Notes: generated by a model from the sequence alone, not told the origin. A DNA stretch of 64,000 nucleotides from an uncultured Methylomirabilota bacterium (GCA_963705305.1 OY970067.1:2976001-3040000), one strand, 5' to 3'. Shown: positions 1-9,747, counted from the stretch's first letter. Numbers and translations: made by a program.

Positions 1-250
1 AGGGCAGGTTCCCGGTCGGAATGGCCCGGACCCGGGTGAACACCTCCCCGAAGATCAACAGCCACAGCGCGGGCTGGATGGCGCGTGTCATCAGCTCGGT
101 GGGCTCGTGGCGCAGCTTGCGCACCTCCAGCTCGGTGATGACCAGGGTCTTTTCAATGAACCGCCAGATCGCCCGCCAGGAGTTGGCAGGGCTCCACGGC
201 GCCGGGCTAACCCAGGCGCCGGGCAGTGCGTCGTGTTCTTGAAGTCTCAC
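1..250 (-). CDS. ABC-2 type transporter permease, N-terminal part (runs off the window edge)
   Basis: Own translation of the minus strand gives ...IEKTLVITELEVRKLRHEPTELMTRAIQPALWLLIFGEVF..., typical of DrrB-like permease N-termini. It follows the ATPase. Start codon uncertain. Confidence 0.75.
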   Translation of the reverse strand, partial: MRLQEHDALPGAWVSPAPWSPANSWRAIWRFIEKTLVITELEVRKLRHEPTELMTRAIQPALWLLIFGEVFTRVRAIPTGNLP

Positions 251-1013
251 GGAAATTCCCCCCTGCAGCCAGCTCCGCGCCGGCGTAGTGCGCAAAGACC
301 TGGTCCAACGTGGCGCCATTGCCCCCGATAGACGCCTTGAGCTCGCCCGAGGTGCCCATGGCCGCCACTCTGCCCAGGTGCATCATGGCCAAACGATCAC
401 ACAGGCGCTCCGCCTCTTCCATGTAGTGCGTGGTCAGGAGGATGGTCATGCCGTACTCGGCGCGCAATTGCTGGATGTGCTCCCACACCGCCCCGCGCGC
501 CACGGGATCCAGCCCGATCGTCGGCTCATCCAGGAACAGCACGCGTGGCCGGTGCAGCATGGATTGGGCGATCTCCAAGCGCCGGATCATGCCCCCCGAA
601 TACGTGCGGACAAGCTTGTCCGCCGCGTCCTCCAGCCCCATCGACACCAGGGCATTCTCCACGCGGGTCTGCCGCTCGTGACGCGGAAGATCGTACAGCT
701 TGGCGAAGACCAGCAGGTTCTCGTAGCCGGTCAAGGTGCCGTCGGCCGAGAGCAGCTGCGGCACGTAGCCGATGGCCCGTCGGACGTCGCGCGCTTGGCG
801 AACGATATCGAAGCCGGCCACGCTGGCCCTCCCGGCGGTGGGGGTGAGGAGCGTGGTGAGCATCTTGATGGTGGTCGACTTGCCGGCCCCGTTGGCGCCG
901 AGCAGCCCGAAGATCTCGCCGGCCTGCACGGAAATGGTGAGTCGGTCTACCGCCGTCAGCGCGCCAAAGCGACGCGTGAGTGCTTCTGCGTGAAGGATGT
1001 CCATGGCTTCCAT
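207..1013 (-). CDS. ABC transporter ATP-binding protein (DrrA-like exporter)
   Basis: Walker A GANGAGKS, signature YSGGM, Walker B LFLDEPT, H-loop TTHY. Confidence 0.93.
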   Translation of the reverse strand: MEAMDILHAEALTRRFGALTAVDRLTISVQAGEIFGLLGANGAGKSTTIKMLTTLLTPTAGRASVAGFDIVRQARDVRRAIGYVPQLLSADGTLTGYENLLVFAKLYDLPRHERQTRVENALVSMGLEDAADKLVRTYSGGMIRRLEIAQSMLHRPRVLFLDEPTIGLDPVARGAVWEHIQQLRAEYGMTILLTTHYMEEAERLCDRLAMMHLGRVAAMGTSGELKASIGGNGATLDQVFAHYAGAELAAGGNFRETSRTRRTARRLG

Positions 1014-1107
1014 CTGGCCCTTTCACAACGGGTGAGGATCATTCCGGAACAGGCGGCCGAGCACGCATCCGGCGTCAGCCGCAATCCCGCGGAATGGGGG
1101 CCCGCTT

Positions 1108-1584
1108 CTACGAGTCGGTTTCCCTCTCCCGGCCGGCCTGGCCGAGCTTGTCCGAGGCGAAGAGTGGACGCAAGGTCCGCATGGCCTGCACGACGAGAGC
1201 CGGCTCACCCGGCGCCAGCGCGGCCACTCGCTTGGCCAGGTCGGCCTGGGTGGCCGACCAGGCGGCCTGCAGGGTGGTCCGGCCCTGCTTCGTCAATTCC
1301 AGCCTGATACGGCGACGATCGTCCGGGCTGCCCTTCCGGCTGACCAGGCCCCGGCCTACCAGGCCGTCAACCAGCTTGGACGTGGAAGGAGGCGTCAGCC
1401 CGATGTGTTCGGCCACATCGGACAACGAGGCGCCCTCGTGGCGGTTCAGGAAGGTCAAGGTGCGAAACTGCGGCACCGACACGTCAGGTGTGCGATGGCT
1501 GCGCATCTGGCCGCGGATCACGCGCATGATCAACGGCACGACCTCCAGCATCTCGCGGGCGCATTCTTCCGGTGAATTGTTCAT
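1108..1584 (-). CDS. MarR-family transcriptional regulator
   Basis: Winged-HTH pattern (SLSDVAEHIGLTPPSTSKLVDGLVGRGLV...DDRRRIRLELT). ATG at 1584 preferred over the track start at 1599. Confidence 0.88.
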   Translation of the reverse strand: MNNSPEECAREMLEVVPLIMRVIRGQMRSHRTPDVSVPQFRTLTFLNRHEGASLSDVAEHIGLTPPSTSKLVDGLVGRGLVSRKGSPDDRRRIRLELTKQGRTTLQAAWSATQADLAKRVAALAPGEPALVVQAMRTLRPLFASDKLGQAGRERETDS

Positions 1585-1615
1585 TAGTTTCACTTTCAAA
1601 TAGTGTCACTTTCTA

Positions 1616-1644
1616 ATCATATGTGATCCGGGCTGTCCTGTCAA
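1616..1644 (-). promoter_or_regulatory. sigma70-type promoter of the marR-ABC operon
   Basis: Minus strand TTGACA (1644-1639)-N17-TATGAT (1621-1616). Confidence 0.75.
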
Positions 1645-1658
1645 GAGGTGGGGTGCTC

Positions 1659-3178
1659 CCCTAATCTCCGGCTAAGAAGTTGAGGGGGATCGCGAATCAC
1701 GCAGCGGCCCGCAGTGCGCGCGGCCCGCGGGGTTGGCATCGGCCTTGCTTGGTTTCACCCAGTGGGTGCAAACACCACAAGGAGGAGAGCGATGCCCGAC
1801 ACCTCGCCCCGGTTGCCGTTCGAGATCGATGACGCGATCGACCCCACGCTGGTCACGGGCCGGGCCGGGGTCCCGCTCGTGATCGAGCTGTTCCGCCAGC
1901 TCGGGGTGGCCCAGGCCGTCGACACCCACGTTGCGGTCAAGCAGCGGCAGCGCGGATTACCCCCCTCGCAGCTCGTGGAGAGTCTCGTCGCGTTGTGGAC
2001 GAGCGGCGGGGACCGCTGCCAGGACCTCACGACGCTCCGGGAGGATCAGGCCCTGGCCACGCTGCTCGGCTACCCCCTGCCGGCCGCGACCACGGTCCGG
2101 GACTTCCTCGAGGCCTTCCACGTGGAGGACGGGCCGCTCTGGGTGGCCGGGCCCGCGGCCACGGTCCCCCTGGAGTCCGCCCCCTTGGCGGGCCTCGGAC
2201 AGGCGAACCGGACGCTGGTCGCGGGCGTCCAGCGCGGGGCCCGGGCGGCGACGGCCACCCTGGATGTGGACGCGACGCTCGTCGAGAGCCACAAGGACGC
2301 GGCGACCGTGGCCTACGACGGGACCCGGGGCTACCAGCCCGTCGTGGTCCTCTGGGCCGAGCACGATGTCATCGTGCACGACCAGTTCCGCGATGGCCAG
2401 GTGCCCGCCGGGTGCGGCAACGTGCGCGTCCTCGAACAGGCGGTGGCCAACTTGCCCCAGGGCGTGGACCGCATCTCCCTGCGGGCCGACAGCGCCCTCT
2501 ACGAGACGGAGGTCCTCCGCTGGTGCGAGGAGAAGAAAATCGCCTACGCGATTAGCGCCGATATGTCCGCGCAGCTCCAGGCCGAGATCCGGCGCCTCCC
2601 CGCGGCCGCCTGGCAGCTCGAGCGGGAGGAGCCCGAGGCGATCCGGGCCTGGGCCGAAGTCCCCTACGTCCCCGAGGATGGCGATCACCGGAAGGCGCGG
2701 CCGTGCGTTCGCCGCTACCTCGCGGTGCGTATCCAGCGACGCCAGGGGAGCCTCTTCGCCGACGGGAGTAGCGTGCAGTACTTCGCCGTGGTCACCAATC
2801 GGCCGGAGGATGGGCTCACGATCCTCCGGTGGCACCGGGAGAAAGCAGGGACCATCGAGCACACCCATCACGTCCTCAAGACCGAGCTGGCGGCCGCCGC
2901 GCTGCCCAGTGGGAAGTTCGGGGCGAACGCCGCCTGGTTCCGGCTGAACGTGCTCACCTACAACCTGCTCACCGCGCTCAAGCGGTTGACCTTACCCGGA
3001 GATCTCCGGACCGCCCGGCCGAAGCGTCTCCGGTTCCTGCTGTTCAACACCGTCGGGAAGGTCGTCGCGCATGCCCGACGGACGCTCTTGCGGCTCTCGG
3101 GCGCCCTGCAGCACGCCTTGCTCGTCCGGGCGCGGCGCAAGATCGCCCGGCTGGCCACCGCTTAGCCGGAGATTAGGG
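1659..3178 (+). mobile_element. IS1380-family insertion sequence, copy 1 (1520 bp)
   Basis: Perfect 18-bp terminal IRs CCCTAATCTCCGGCTAAG / CTTAGCCGGAGATTAGGG; 5-bp target duplication TGCTC (1654-1658, 3179-3183); single DDE transposase. Confidence 0.93.
1792..3165 (+). CDS. IS1380-family DDE transposase
   Basis: Motifs TLDVDAT, GYQP, LRADSA and HREKAGTIEHTHHVLK...LPSGKFGANAAW. RBS AGGAGG precedes ATG 1792. The stop lies inside the right IR. Confidence 0.9.
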   Translation: MPDTSPRLPFEIDDAIDPTLVTGRAGVPLVIELFRQLGVAQAVDTHVAVKQRQRGLPPSQLVESLVALWTSGGDRCQDLTTLREDQALATLLGYPLPAATTVRDFLEAFHVEDGPLWVAGPAATVPLESAPLAGLGQANRTLVAGVQRGARAATATLDVDATLVESHKDAATVAYDGTRGYQPVVVLWAEHDVIVHDQFRDGQVPAGCGNVRVLEQAVANLPQGVDRISLRADSALYETEVLRWCEEKKIAYAISADMSAQLQAEIRRLPAAAWQLEREEPEAIRAWAEVPYVPEDGDHRKARPCVRRYLAVRIQRRQGSLFADGSSVQYFAVVTNRPEDGLTILRWHREKAGTIEHTHHVLKTELAAAALPSGKFGANAAWFRLNVLTYNLLTALKRLTLPGDLRTARPKRLRFLLFNTVGKVVAHARRTLLRLSGALQHALLVRARRKIARLATA

Positions 3179-3183
3179 TGCTC

Positions 3184-3333
3184 CCTTAATCTCCGGCTAA
3201 CGTCGCAGGCCGGTAGCGCACATGAGTCGCGCCCGCATTCATGGCTGCGGGGCCGGCTGCCCGCCTCGGACCTGGTCGCACCCGACGGGTGGCGCCCCGT
3301 AGAGGCGATGCACAGGTTAGCCGGAGATTTGGG
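3184..3333 (+). mobile_element. 150-bp MITE with IS1380-type ends, copy 1
   Basis: Ends CCTTAATCTCCGGCTAAC / GTTAGCCGGAGATTTGGG closely match the IS IRs; flanked by TGCTC on both sides (3179-3183, 3334-3338); second copy at 43730-43879. Confidence 0.9.
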
Positions 3334-3340
3334 TGCTCCT

Positions 3341-3369
3341 TTGACAAATGCCCCGGGGGGCCGTATACA
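3341..3369 (+). promoter_or_regulatory. sigma70-type promoter upstream of the peroxiredoxin
   Basis: TTGACA (3341-3346)-N17-TATACA. Confidence 0.55.
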
Positions 3370-3549
3370 TGGGAAGGCTCAACCGGGCGAATCCCTCCGG
3401 CAACCGCCTGGCGAAGGACGTTGCCGGACGGCAGAAAGCATTGCGAGCGCGGCCACGCGCGCCGCGGTTCCCGGGCGGGATCGGCGATTCGCGGCCGGAG
3501 CGGGCGGTCACAGACGGCAGCGCCAGGGGGCCGCTCGCGGAGAATGCTC

Positions 3550-4059
3550 ATGGCTATCACGGTTGGCGATCGGCTCCCCGACGGGACGCTCTTGGAATGC
3601 ACCGAGTTCGACCCTGCCACGGCGTGCCCGATCAACCCGGCGAGAATCAGTGTCGCAGAGGCGGCCAAGGGCAGGAGGATCGTGATCGTCGGTGTTCCCG
3701 GTGCGTTCACCCCGACGTGCTCGGCCAGGCATCTGCCCGGTTACGTGCGGAACTACGCTATGCTGAAGGCCAAGAAGGTGGACGAGATCTGGTGCGTGGC
3801 GGTCAACGATGCCTTCGTCATGGCGGCCTGGGGCCGCGAGCAGCAGGCCGCGGGAAAGGTCCGCATGCTGGGGGACGGCAGCGCGGCCTGGGCCAGGGCG
3901 CTCGGCCTCGAGCTCGATCTGGCCTCTCGCGGAATGGGGGTGCGGATGCAGCGTTTTTCCATGCTGGTCGAAGACGGCGTGGTCAGGCGGCTCAACGTCG
4001 AGGCCCCCGGCAAGTTCGAGGTCAGCGACGCCGAGAGCATGCTCGATCATCTCGGCTGA
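3550..4059 (+). CDS. Peroxiredoxin (Prx5-like)
   Basis: VPGAFTPTCS..HLPGY motif and VNDAFVM; GGAG RBS before ATG 3550. The upstream extension in the ORF track is MITE-derived. Confidence 0.93.
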   Translation: MAITVGDRLPDGTLLECTEFDPATACPINPARISVAEAAKGRRIVIVGVPGAFTPTCSARHLPGYVRNYAMLKAKKVDEIWCVAVNDAFVMAAWGREQQAAGKVRMLGDGSAAWARALGLELDLASRGMGVRMQRFSMLVEDGVVRRLNVEAPGKFEVSDAESMLDHLG

Positions 4060-4159
4060 GCCGGAGCAAGGCGATCTTCGCCCGTTTCCGCTTACCCCCG
4101 CGGGCGGGAAGCCGGCTCAGCGGAGGCCGGCACACGCGGGGACGCCGGAGCGAGGGCCG

Positions 4160-5230
4160 TCAGCCGCGGAGGCGGGCCAGCTCGCCGTCGATCACCCGCT
4201 TGAACTCCTCGAACGGCTGGGCCCCTGAAAGTATCTGCCCGTTGATGAAGAAGGCCGGCGTGCCGTCCACCCCCGCCCGCTCGCCGGCCTGCAGATCCTC
4301 CTTGACCCGCGGGGCCATCCGGCCGCTGTCCAGGCACGCGTCGAACTTCGGCCCGTCGAGGCCGATCTGTCGCGCGTCGGCCTTGAGGTCGGCGATGGCC
4401 AGCCGGTCCTGATGGCCGAAGAGCATATCGTGCATCTGCCAGAATTTGCCCTGCTCTCCGGCGCAGCGGGCGGCCTCGGCCGCCTTCTCCGCATGCTCGT
4501 GGATCGAGAGCGGGAAGTCCCTGAAGACCAGCCGAACCTTGTCCCCATATGTCCTCAGCACCCGCTCGATGGTCGGATTGGCCTGGGCACAGAACGGGCA
4601 CTGGAAATCCGAGAACATGACGATCGTCACGGGGGCGTTGGCGGGACCGCGGGCCGGGCCGATCGCCGCCACGTCCACGCGCGGCGGCTCCGGCCGGGGG
4701 AGCGTCACCTCCACCCGGGCCGCGGTGCGGAGGCTTGCCTCATATTCCCGGAGGCGCTGGTCCCGGTTTTGGTCCTGGAGGTACTTGCGCAATCGATCCC
4801 GAATCTGCTCGAAAGGGCCGGGCATCTGCTGGGCGTGGGCCTCGTAGAAGCTCTTGACCTCGGCCTCCGTGACGGCGGGCGTCTTGTCGTCGACCTCGGT
4901 CTTGAGGAGCGCGTCCTCGGACGCGCCGCGACGGCGGGCCTCTGCCCTCAGAAGCATCGTATTGATCATCTCGTCCAGACCGGTCTGGCGGATGGTGTAC
5001 TCTTGCTCCGCCCGCTGCCGCTCGAGCTCCTTGAGCTGTCCCTCCACTGATCGATCCAGCGCTTCCAGGGTGATCGTCTCGCCGCCGACCCGCGCAACGA
5101 CCGTTGGGGGAACGGGTGTCAACGCGGACTGCAAGCCGTTCCCAACATGGGGGTAGGCGCTGCAGCCAACCAGCGCCAGCGCAGCCGCCGCTGCGCCCAG
5201 CAGCGCAACAGGATTCCGTTTCCCTTGCAT
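4160..5230 (-). CDS. DsbA/thioredoxin-fold lipoprotein with SurA-like N-terminal region
   Basis: Lipoprotein signal (LVGC), FSDFQCPFC active site, GTP cis-Pro motif. Start about 5230-5236; the 671-aa track ORF is over-extended. Confidence 0.85.
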   Translation of the reverse strand: MQGKRNPVALLGAAAAALALVGCSAYPHVGNGLQSALTPVPPTVVARVGGETITLEALDRSVEGQLKELERQRAEQEYTIRQTGLDEMINTMLLRAEARRRGASEDALLKTEVDDKTPAVTEAEVKSFYEAHAQQMPGPFEQIRDRLRKYLQDQNRDQRLREYEASLRTAARVEVTLPRPEPPRVDVAAIGPARGPANAPVTIVMFSDFQCPFCAQANPTIERVLRTYGDKVRLVFRDFPLSIHEHAEKAAEAARCAGEQGKFWQMHDMLFGHQDRLAIADLKADARQIGLDGPKFDACLDSGRMAPRVKEDLQAGERAGVDGTPAFFINGQILSGAQPFEEFKRVIDGELARLRG

Positions 5231-5298
5231 GGACATTCCCTCGTGGCTCGGTTTCTCTAGCACCGTCTCGGCGGCCGTCCCGCCCAGGCGCCGACCAA

Positions 5299-6183
5299 CT
5301 ACGCCCGCGGGTGGTACTTGTCGTAGACGGCCTTGAGGTGCGCTCGGCTGAGGTGCGTGTAAATCTGGGTGGTGCCGATGTCGGCATGGCCCAGCATCAA
5401 TTGGACCGATCGAAGATCCGCCCCGCCCTCCAAGAGGTGAGTGGCAAAGGAGTGACGCAGCGTGTGGGGGGTCACCGGCTTGGTGATCCCGGCCGTGCGT
5501 GCGGTGCGCTTCAGCAGTTGCCAGAACATCTGGCGGGTGAGGCCGCGGCCGTGCCGGCCCAGAAAGAGATGGGCGCTGGCGCGGGGCCTCTCCAGGGCCG
5601 GACGGCTGCGACGAAGATAGAGGCGAAGGCTCTCGGCCGCGGCGTCCCCCAGGGGAACCAGCCGCTCCTTGCCCCCCTTGCCCACCACGCGGACGATCCC
5701 CGCAGCCAGATCCAGATCCGAGAGGCGGAGGCCCACCAGCTCGGAGACGCGAAGGCCGGAAGCGTACGTCAGCTCCAGCATGGCCCGGTCCCGGATTCCT
5801 TGGGGAGTGGGCGGCATCGGCACCTCCAGGAGGCGCGACACGTCGTCGCTGCTGAGCACGCCGGGCAGGCGCCGCCAGGGCCGCGGGGACTCCAGGTGGG
5901 CGGTTGGGTCCTGGGTCGCGTGCCCCTCGCGCACCATGAAGCGGTGGAACTGTCGGATCGCCGACAGGTGCCGGGTGACGGAGCGCGGACTCAGTCCCGC
6001 CTCGCGAAGCAGCAACAGGTACCGGGGGACCTCCGCTCGGTCCAGAGCCATGGCCTGTTTCCGCCGGGTCCGCAGGTACCCCGTGTACCTCACCAGATCG
6101 CGCCGGTATGCCTCCAGGGTGTTCTGGGCCAGGCCTCGCTCCACCACCAGATGATCCAGGAACGCTTCCAGGCATCGGTCCAC
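5299..6183 (-). CDS. xerD: Tyrosine recombinase XerD
   Basis: ERGLAQNTLEAYRRDL, GLRVSEL, GKGGKERLVP, TPHTLRHSFATHLL, QLMLGHADIGTTQIYTH, YHPRA C-terminus; GTG start. Confidence 0.93.
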   Translation of the reverse strand: MDRCLEAFLDHLVVERGLAQNTLEAYRRDLVRYTGYLRTRRKQAMALDRAEVPRYLLLLREAGLSPRSVTRHLSAIRQFHRFMVREGHATQDPTAHLESPRPWRRLPGVLSSDDVSRLLEVPMPPTPQGIRDRAMLELTYASGLRVSELVGLRLSDLDLAAGIVRVVGKGGKERLVPLGDAAAESLRLYLRRSRPALERPRASAHLFLGRHGRGLTRQMFWQLLKRTARTAGITKPVTPHTLRHSFATHLLEGGADLRSVQLMLGHADIGTTQIYTHLSRAHLKAVYDKYHPRA

Positions 6184-6212
6184 AGGCGGTCGCCTCCGTC
6201 CGCAGGGCGCGT

Positions 6213-7376
6213 TCAGACGGGGTGCGGTCCGACGGGCGCCTCGAGGAGCTCGCGATACACGGCCAGCAGCCGCTCGGCGCACCGCTCGGGTGTGAACTCG
6301 GCGGCGACCTGCCGCCCGGCCTCCGACATGGCCTGCCGCCGGTCTGCCTGGCCCCAGAGCGTCACGACGGCCCGGGCAAAGGCGCCCGGATCCTCGGGCG
6401 CCAGCAGACCGCTCCGGCCGTCTCTTAAGAGATCCAGGGCCGCCTCGGAGGTTACGGCCACAACCGGGAGGCCTGCGGCCAGAGCCTCCAGGGCCACCAG
6501 CCCCTGCGTGTCGGACGTGGACGGGAACAAGAACACGTCCGCCGCCAGATAATACCCTGGTATAGCCTCATGAGGAACGCTCCCGACGAACTCTACGGCC
6601 TGTGTCAGGCCGAGATCGGCCGACAGCCGCTCCAGGCGGGAGCGATCATCCCCCTCCCCCACCAGGATCAGACGGGCGGTCGGCACGGCCCGCCGGACCA
6701 GCGCGAAAGCGGCCAGGAGGAACGCCAGGTTCTTCTCGCGGGCCAACCGGCCCACGCAGAGGCAGAGCGGGCTGCCGCCGTCCAGGTGCAAAGCCAGACG
6801 CCGCTCCGTGCGGTTCCCTCTGCCGGCCTGTGCAACGGGGGGCACGCCGGTGGGGAGGATCTCGATCCGGCTCTGAAGCCCCCGCGCCCGGAGATCGCGC
6901 GCCACCGACGGCCCGGGCGCGATGACCAGATCCGCGCGGGCTGCGAAAGCCAGGGCGCGGCGGAGCGCCAGCCGGGCCAGCAGCTGGGTCGGCCCCGGCG
7001 CGTAGTGGGCATACCGATCATAGCGGGTGTGATATGTGAAAACCAGGGGCCGAGCCGCCTGGCGGGCCCATCGGCCTGCCGCCGCTCCGAGGAGGAACGG
7101 GTGCTGGGCGTGGTAGATGTCGAGCCCCAGGCTGCGGACCGCCCTCGCCGTCCCGGGCCAGCGGGGGAACGGGAGCCGGTAGGCATGGTGGGTGGGGGTG
7201 CGACAGGACGGCACCCGCAGCACCGCCATCTCCCGCCGGGGAGCCTGTGGGTAGCGGGGAGCGACCACGATGGCCTCGTGGCCCTTCTGCCGCAGGGCGC
7301 GAGCCGTCGTCTCCACCGAAGTGGCCAGACCGTTGACCAGGGGCCGGTAATTATTGGTGAACAGACCGATCCGCAT
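6213..7376 (-). CDS. GT4 glycosyltransferase (diacylglycerol glycosyltransferase-like)
   Basis: MRIGLFTNNY..NG N-terminus, VGRLAREKN, DTQGLVALEA. Confidence 0.88.
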   Translation of the reverse strand: MRIGLFTNNYRPLVNGLATSVETTARALRQKGHEAIVVAPRYPQAPRREMAVLRVPSCRTPTHHAYRLPFPRWPGTARAVRSLGLDIYHAQHPFLLGAAAGRWARQAARPLVFTYHTRYDRYAHYAPGPTQLLARLALRRALAFAARADLVIAPGPSVARDLRARGLQSRIEILPTGVPPVAQAGRGNRTERRLALHLDGGSPLCLCVGRLAREKNLAFLLAAFALVRRAVPTARLILVGEGDDRSRLERLSADLGLTQAVEFVGSVPHEAIPGYYLAADVFLFPSTSDTQGLVALEALAAGLPVVAVTSEAALDLLRDGRSGLLAPEDPGAFARAVVTLWGQADRRQAMSEAGRQVAAEFTPERCAERLLAVYRELLEAPVGPHPV

Positions 7377-7430
7377 CCGATCCGCGCACGTCCTCCGGTC
7401 CGCCCACCTGCCGATCTGACGGCGTGGAGG

Positions 7431-9116
7431 TCATTTGCGGGTCACCGGCGTGTGGGCGATGGGCAGGCCGAGGGCCAGCTTCATCTGCATATAGAGCTGG
7501 GCCGAGGCCATGAGGAAATAGTTATGCAGATTCATGGGCGAAAAGACCAGGCGGAACCATTCCGCAAACTTCCGCGTCCGCCGCCAGCGCGGCGGGGTCG
7601 GCTGGTAGATGATTGGTTTCAGGGTGTGGGGCACCACCACCATGCCGAGGATCGTGGAGGAGGTCAGCACGATGGTCTGAAAGATGAGGTTGAAGGCGCC
7701 CATGGGGCTGACGCACAGGCTCCGTCCGCCCAGCTTCAGGGCCAGGATGTCCGGGGACAGGAACACGTCCACCGGCCAGAGGTCGCGCACGCACGGGTTG
7801 ATCCAGGAGATCAGGATGAGCTGGGCCGGCAGCAAGACGGTCAGGGGCGGCATGGCGTTGGCCAGGAGCGCCCGAACGGCCTGGAAGGCCTTGCTGCGCA
7901 ACGGTGACATGCGGGAATCCCGAGACTTTCGCCGGTAGCGCGCCACGAACTTGACATCCACGGCGCCGCGCGCCCAGCGGGCGATCTGCCCCCAGGATTC
8001 CCGGCTGGTCAGGGGGGCCTGCCCCCAGGTGGGCATCTTCAAGGGCGCCACGCGGTAGCCCTCCATCACCACCTTGTAGCGGAACTGCATATCCTCGTTG
8101 TGGCGGTTGGGCTCGAAGTAGTCCACGGCACGGAAGTCCCAGAGGTCCATGCTGGTCCCCGGACCCAGGACGAGGTAATCACCCCGGCTCTGCATTTTCC
8201 CCATCTGGTAGAGGACGAAGCCCGTATTGTGCAGACGGGGGAGCATGGGAACCTTCCAGTAGTTCGCCGTGTAGGTCGTCAGGGACTGCAGGACGACCCC
8301 CCGGAGTCCCTGCGCCCGGGCGCGGGCGGCCTCCTCGTGGTGGGTGAACTCGCGGAATCCCAGATCCTGCGGGTGCAAGATCGTGTCGGCGTCGATGATC
8401 AACACCTTGACCCCGCCCGGACCGGCCGAGAATCGGTCCGCTTCGACCTGGTCGGCCAGCCAGCGGCCCGCCGTGGTCACAGAAGTGGCCTTGCACTTCA
8501 CCGGCATCCCGTCCGCGGGGTAAATGAAGGGTGCGACCTGCATGCGACTCGCGAACAGCGGAACGACCTCCTCCAACTTCTCCAACGTCACCCGGTCCTC
8601 CGCCTCGACGATGGGGACCAGCGTCACCAGCGACCTGGGATAGTGCAGCCGCTCCACCGACCGGAAGGTCTGGAACAGGACATGCCGATTGCCCTCGTTC
8701 TTGAGCGGCATGAAGATCGCATAATGGTTAAGCGGAAGGCCCAGCGCATGCAGGCGCCCCAGCCAGTCCACCTCCTGGTTTTGCAGGATGGCCTGGCGGG
8801 TCTTCTGGGCCCGCACCATGCTTACGATCAGGAAGCCGATCCAGAATGAGATGAAGCCGAAGCGGAACAGCTCGGCAGGGAAGGGGTCCCGCAGCAGATA
8901 CCGTAAGAGCGGGTAGACCGATAGGAGGAGGAGCGTGGTCAGGAAAGGCGCCACCTCCAGAAGGCGATCACCGCACCGGTGGAGAAAGGGATCCCGATGT
9001 GTTTGCGAGACTCGGGAGGCAAAAAAAACGGCTCGCCCGCTCTCCTGCTGTCCTGTCGGGCGAGCCATGGTCGAGGAGTCCGAGGCGGCCTCCGCCTCGG
9101 CAAAACTCGCGTCCAT
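7431..9116 (-). CDS. Membrane GT2 glycosyltransferase
   Basis: DAD, ED and QIARW (QxxRW) motifs, flanking TM segments. Start uncertain. Confidence 0.8.
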   Translation of the reverse strand: MDASFAEAEAASDSSTMARPTGQQESGRAVFFASRVSQTHRDPFLHRCGDRLLEVAPFLTTLLLLSVYPLLRYLLRDPFPAELFRFGFISFWIGFLIVSMVRAQKTRQAILQNQEVDWLGRLHALGLPLNHYAIFMPLKNEGNRHVLFQTFRSVERLHYPRSLVTLVPIVEAEDRVTLEKLEEVVPLFASRMQVAPFIYPADGMPVKCKATSVTTAGRWLADQVEADRFSAGPGGVKVLIIDADTILHPQDLGFREFTHHEEAARARAQGLRGVVLQSLTTYTANYWKVPMLPRLHNTGFVLYQMGKMQSRGDYLVLGPGTSMDLWDFRAVDYFEPNRHNEDMQFRYKVVMEGYRVAPLKMPTWGQAPLTSRESWGQIARWARGAVDVKFVARYRRKSRDSRMSPLRSKAFQAVRALLANAMPPLTVLLPAQLILISWINPCVRDLWPVDVFLSPDILALKLGGRSLCVSPMGAFNLIFQTIVLTSSTILGMVVVPHTLKPIIYQPTPPRWRRTRKFAEWFRLVFSPMNLHNYFLMASAQLYMQMKLALGLPIAHTPVTRK

Positions 9117-9130
9117 GGCTGAACTCCACA

Positions 9131-9592
9131 TTACCCGTCGATCGAAGGGTCCGTCGGCGATTCGAGCAGGATGGTCACCGGCCCGTCGTTGACCAGCTCC
9201 ACCTGCATGACTGTTTGAAAGCGACCGGCAGCGGTGATTATTCCACGGCAAAGGAGCAAGTCAACGAATTTTTCAAATAATGTCCGGGCTTCCTCCGCCG
9301 GGGCCGCTGCGTCGAAGCTCGGCCGCCGGCCCTTGCGGGCATCCCCGTACAGGGTGAATTGGGACACCGCCAAGGCCTGCCCCCCGGTGTCGAGGAGGGA
9401 GCGATTCATCCTGCCGTCGGCGTCCTCGAAGATCCGTAAATGGACGATCTTATCGACCATCCACGACAGGGCCGCCTCCTCCTCCCCGCGGCGGAAGCCC
9501 ACGAAAAGGAGGACGCCCGGCCCAATGGCCGCGATCGTCTCGCCTCCGATATGGACGGCTGCCTGGGCTACCCGCTGGACGAGCACGCGCAT
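9131..9592 (-). CDS. dtd: D-aminoacyl-tRNA deacylase
   Basis: MRVLVQRV, SQFTL, KGRRPSF, NDGPVT. Confidence 0.95.
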   Translation of the reverse strand: MRVLVQRVAQAAVHIGGETIAAIGPGVLLFVGFRRGEEEAALSWMVDKIVHLRIFEDADGRMNRSLLDTGGQALAVSQFTLYGDARKGRRPSFDAAAPAEEARTLFEKFVDLLLCRGIITAAGRFQTVMQVELVNDGPVTILLESPTDPSIDG

Positions 9593-9747
9593 TCCGCGGA
9601 CCCCCGGGGAGAAACCCGTCTTTCCCGGAGCGGAACTATAGCAGAAAAAGGGTTCGGCCGTGCGCAGAAATTGCGCTGACCGGACAGAGCAAGAGTCGGC
9701 ACCAGGCAAGGGGAGCGGTGGCCCGGGACCGCGAGCCCGGGCGCAGA

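Noticed and set aside
3241..3549. N-terminal extension of the peroxiredoxin
   Set aside because: It begins inside the MITE and runs through the promoter; the RBS supports a start at 3550.
5299..6183. xerD as the integrase of a prophage or island
   Set aside because: Canonical XerD signatures among housekeeping genes; no att or phage genes.
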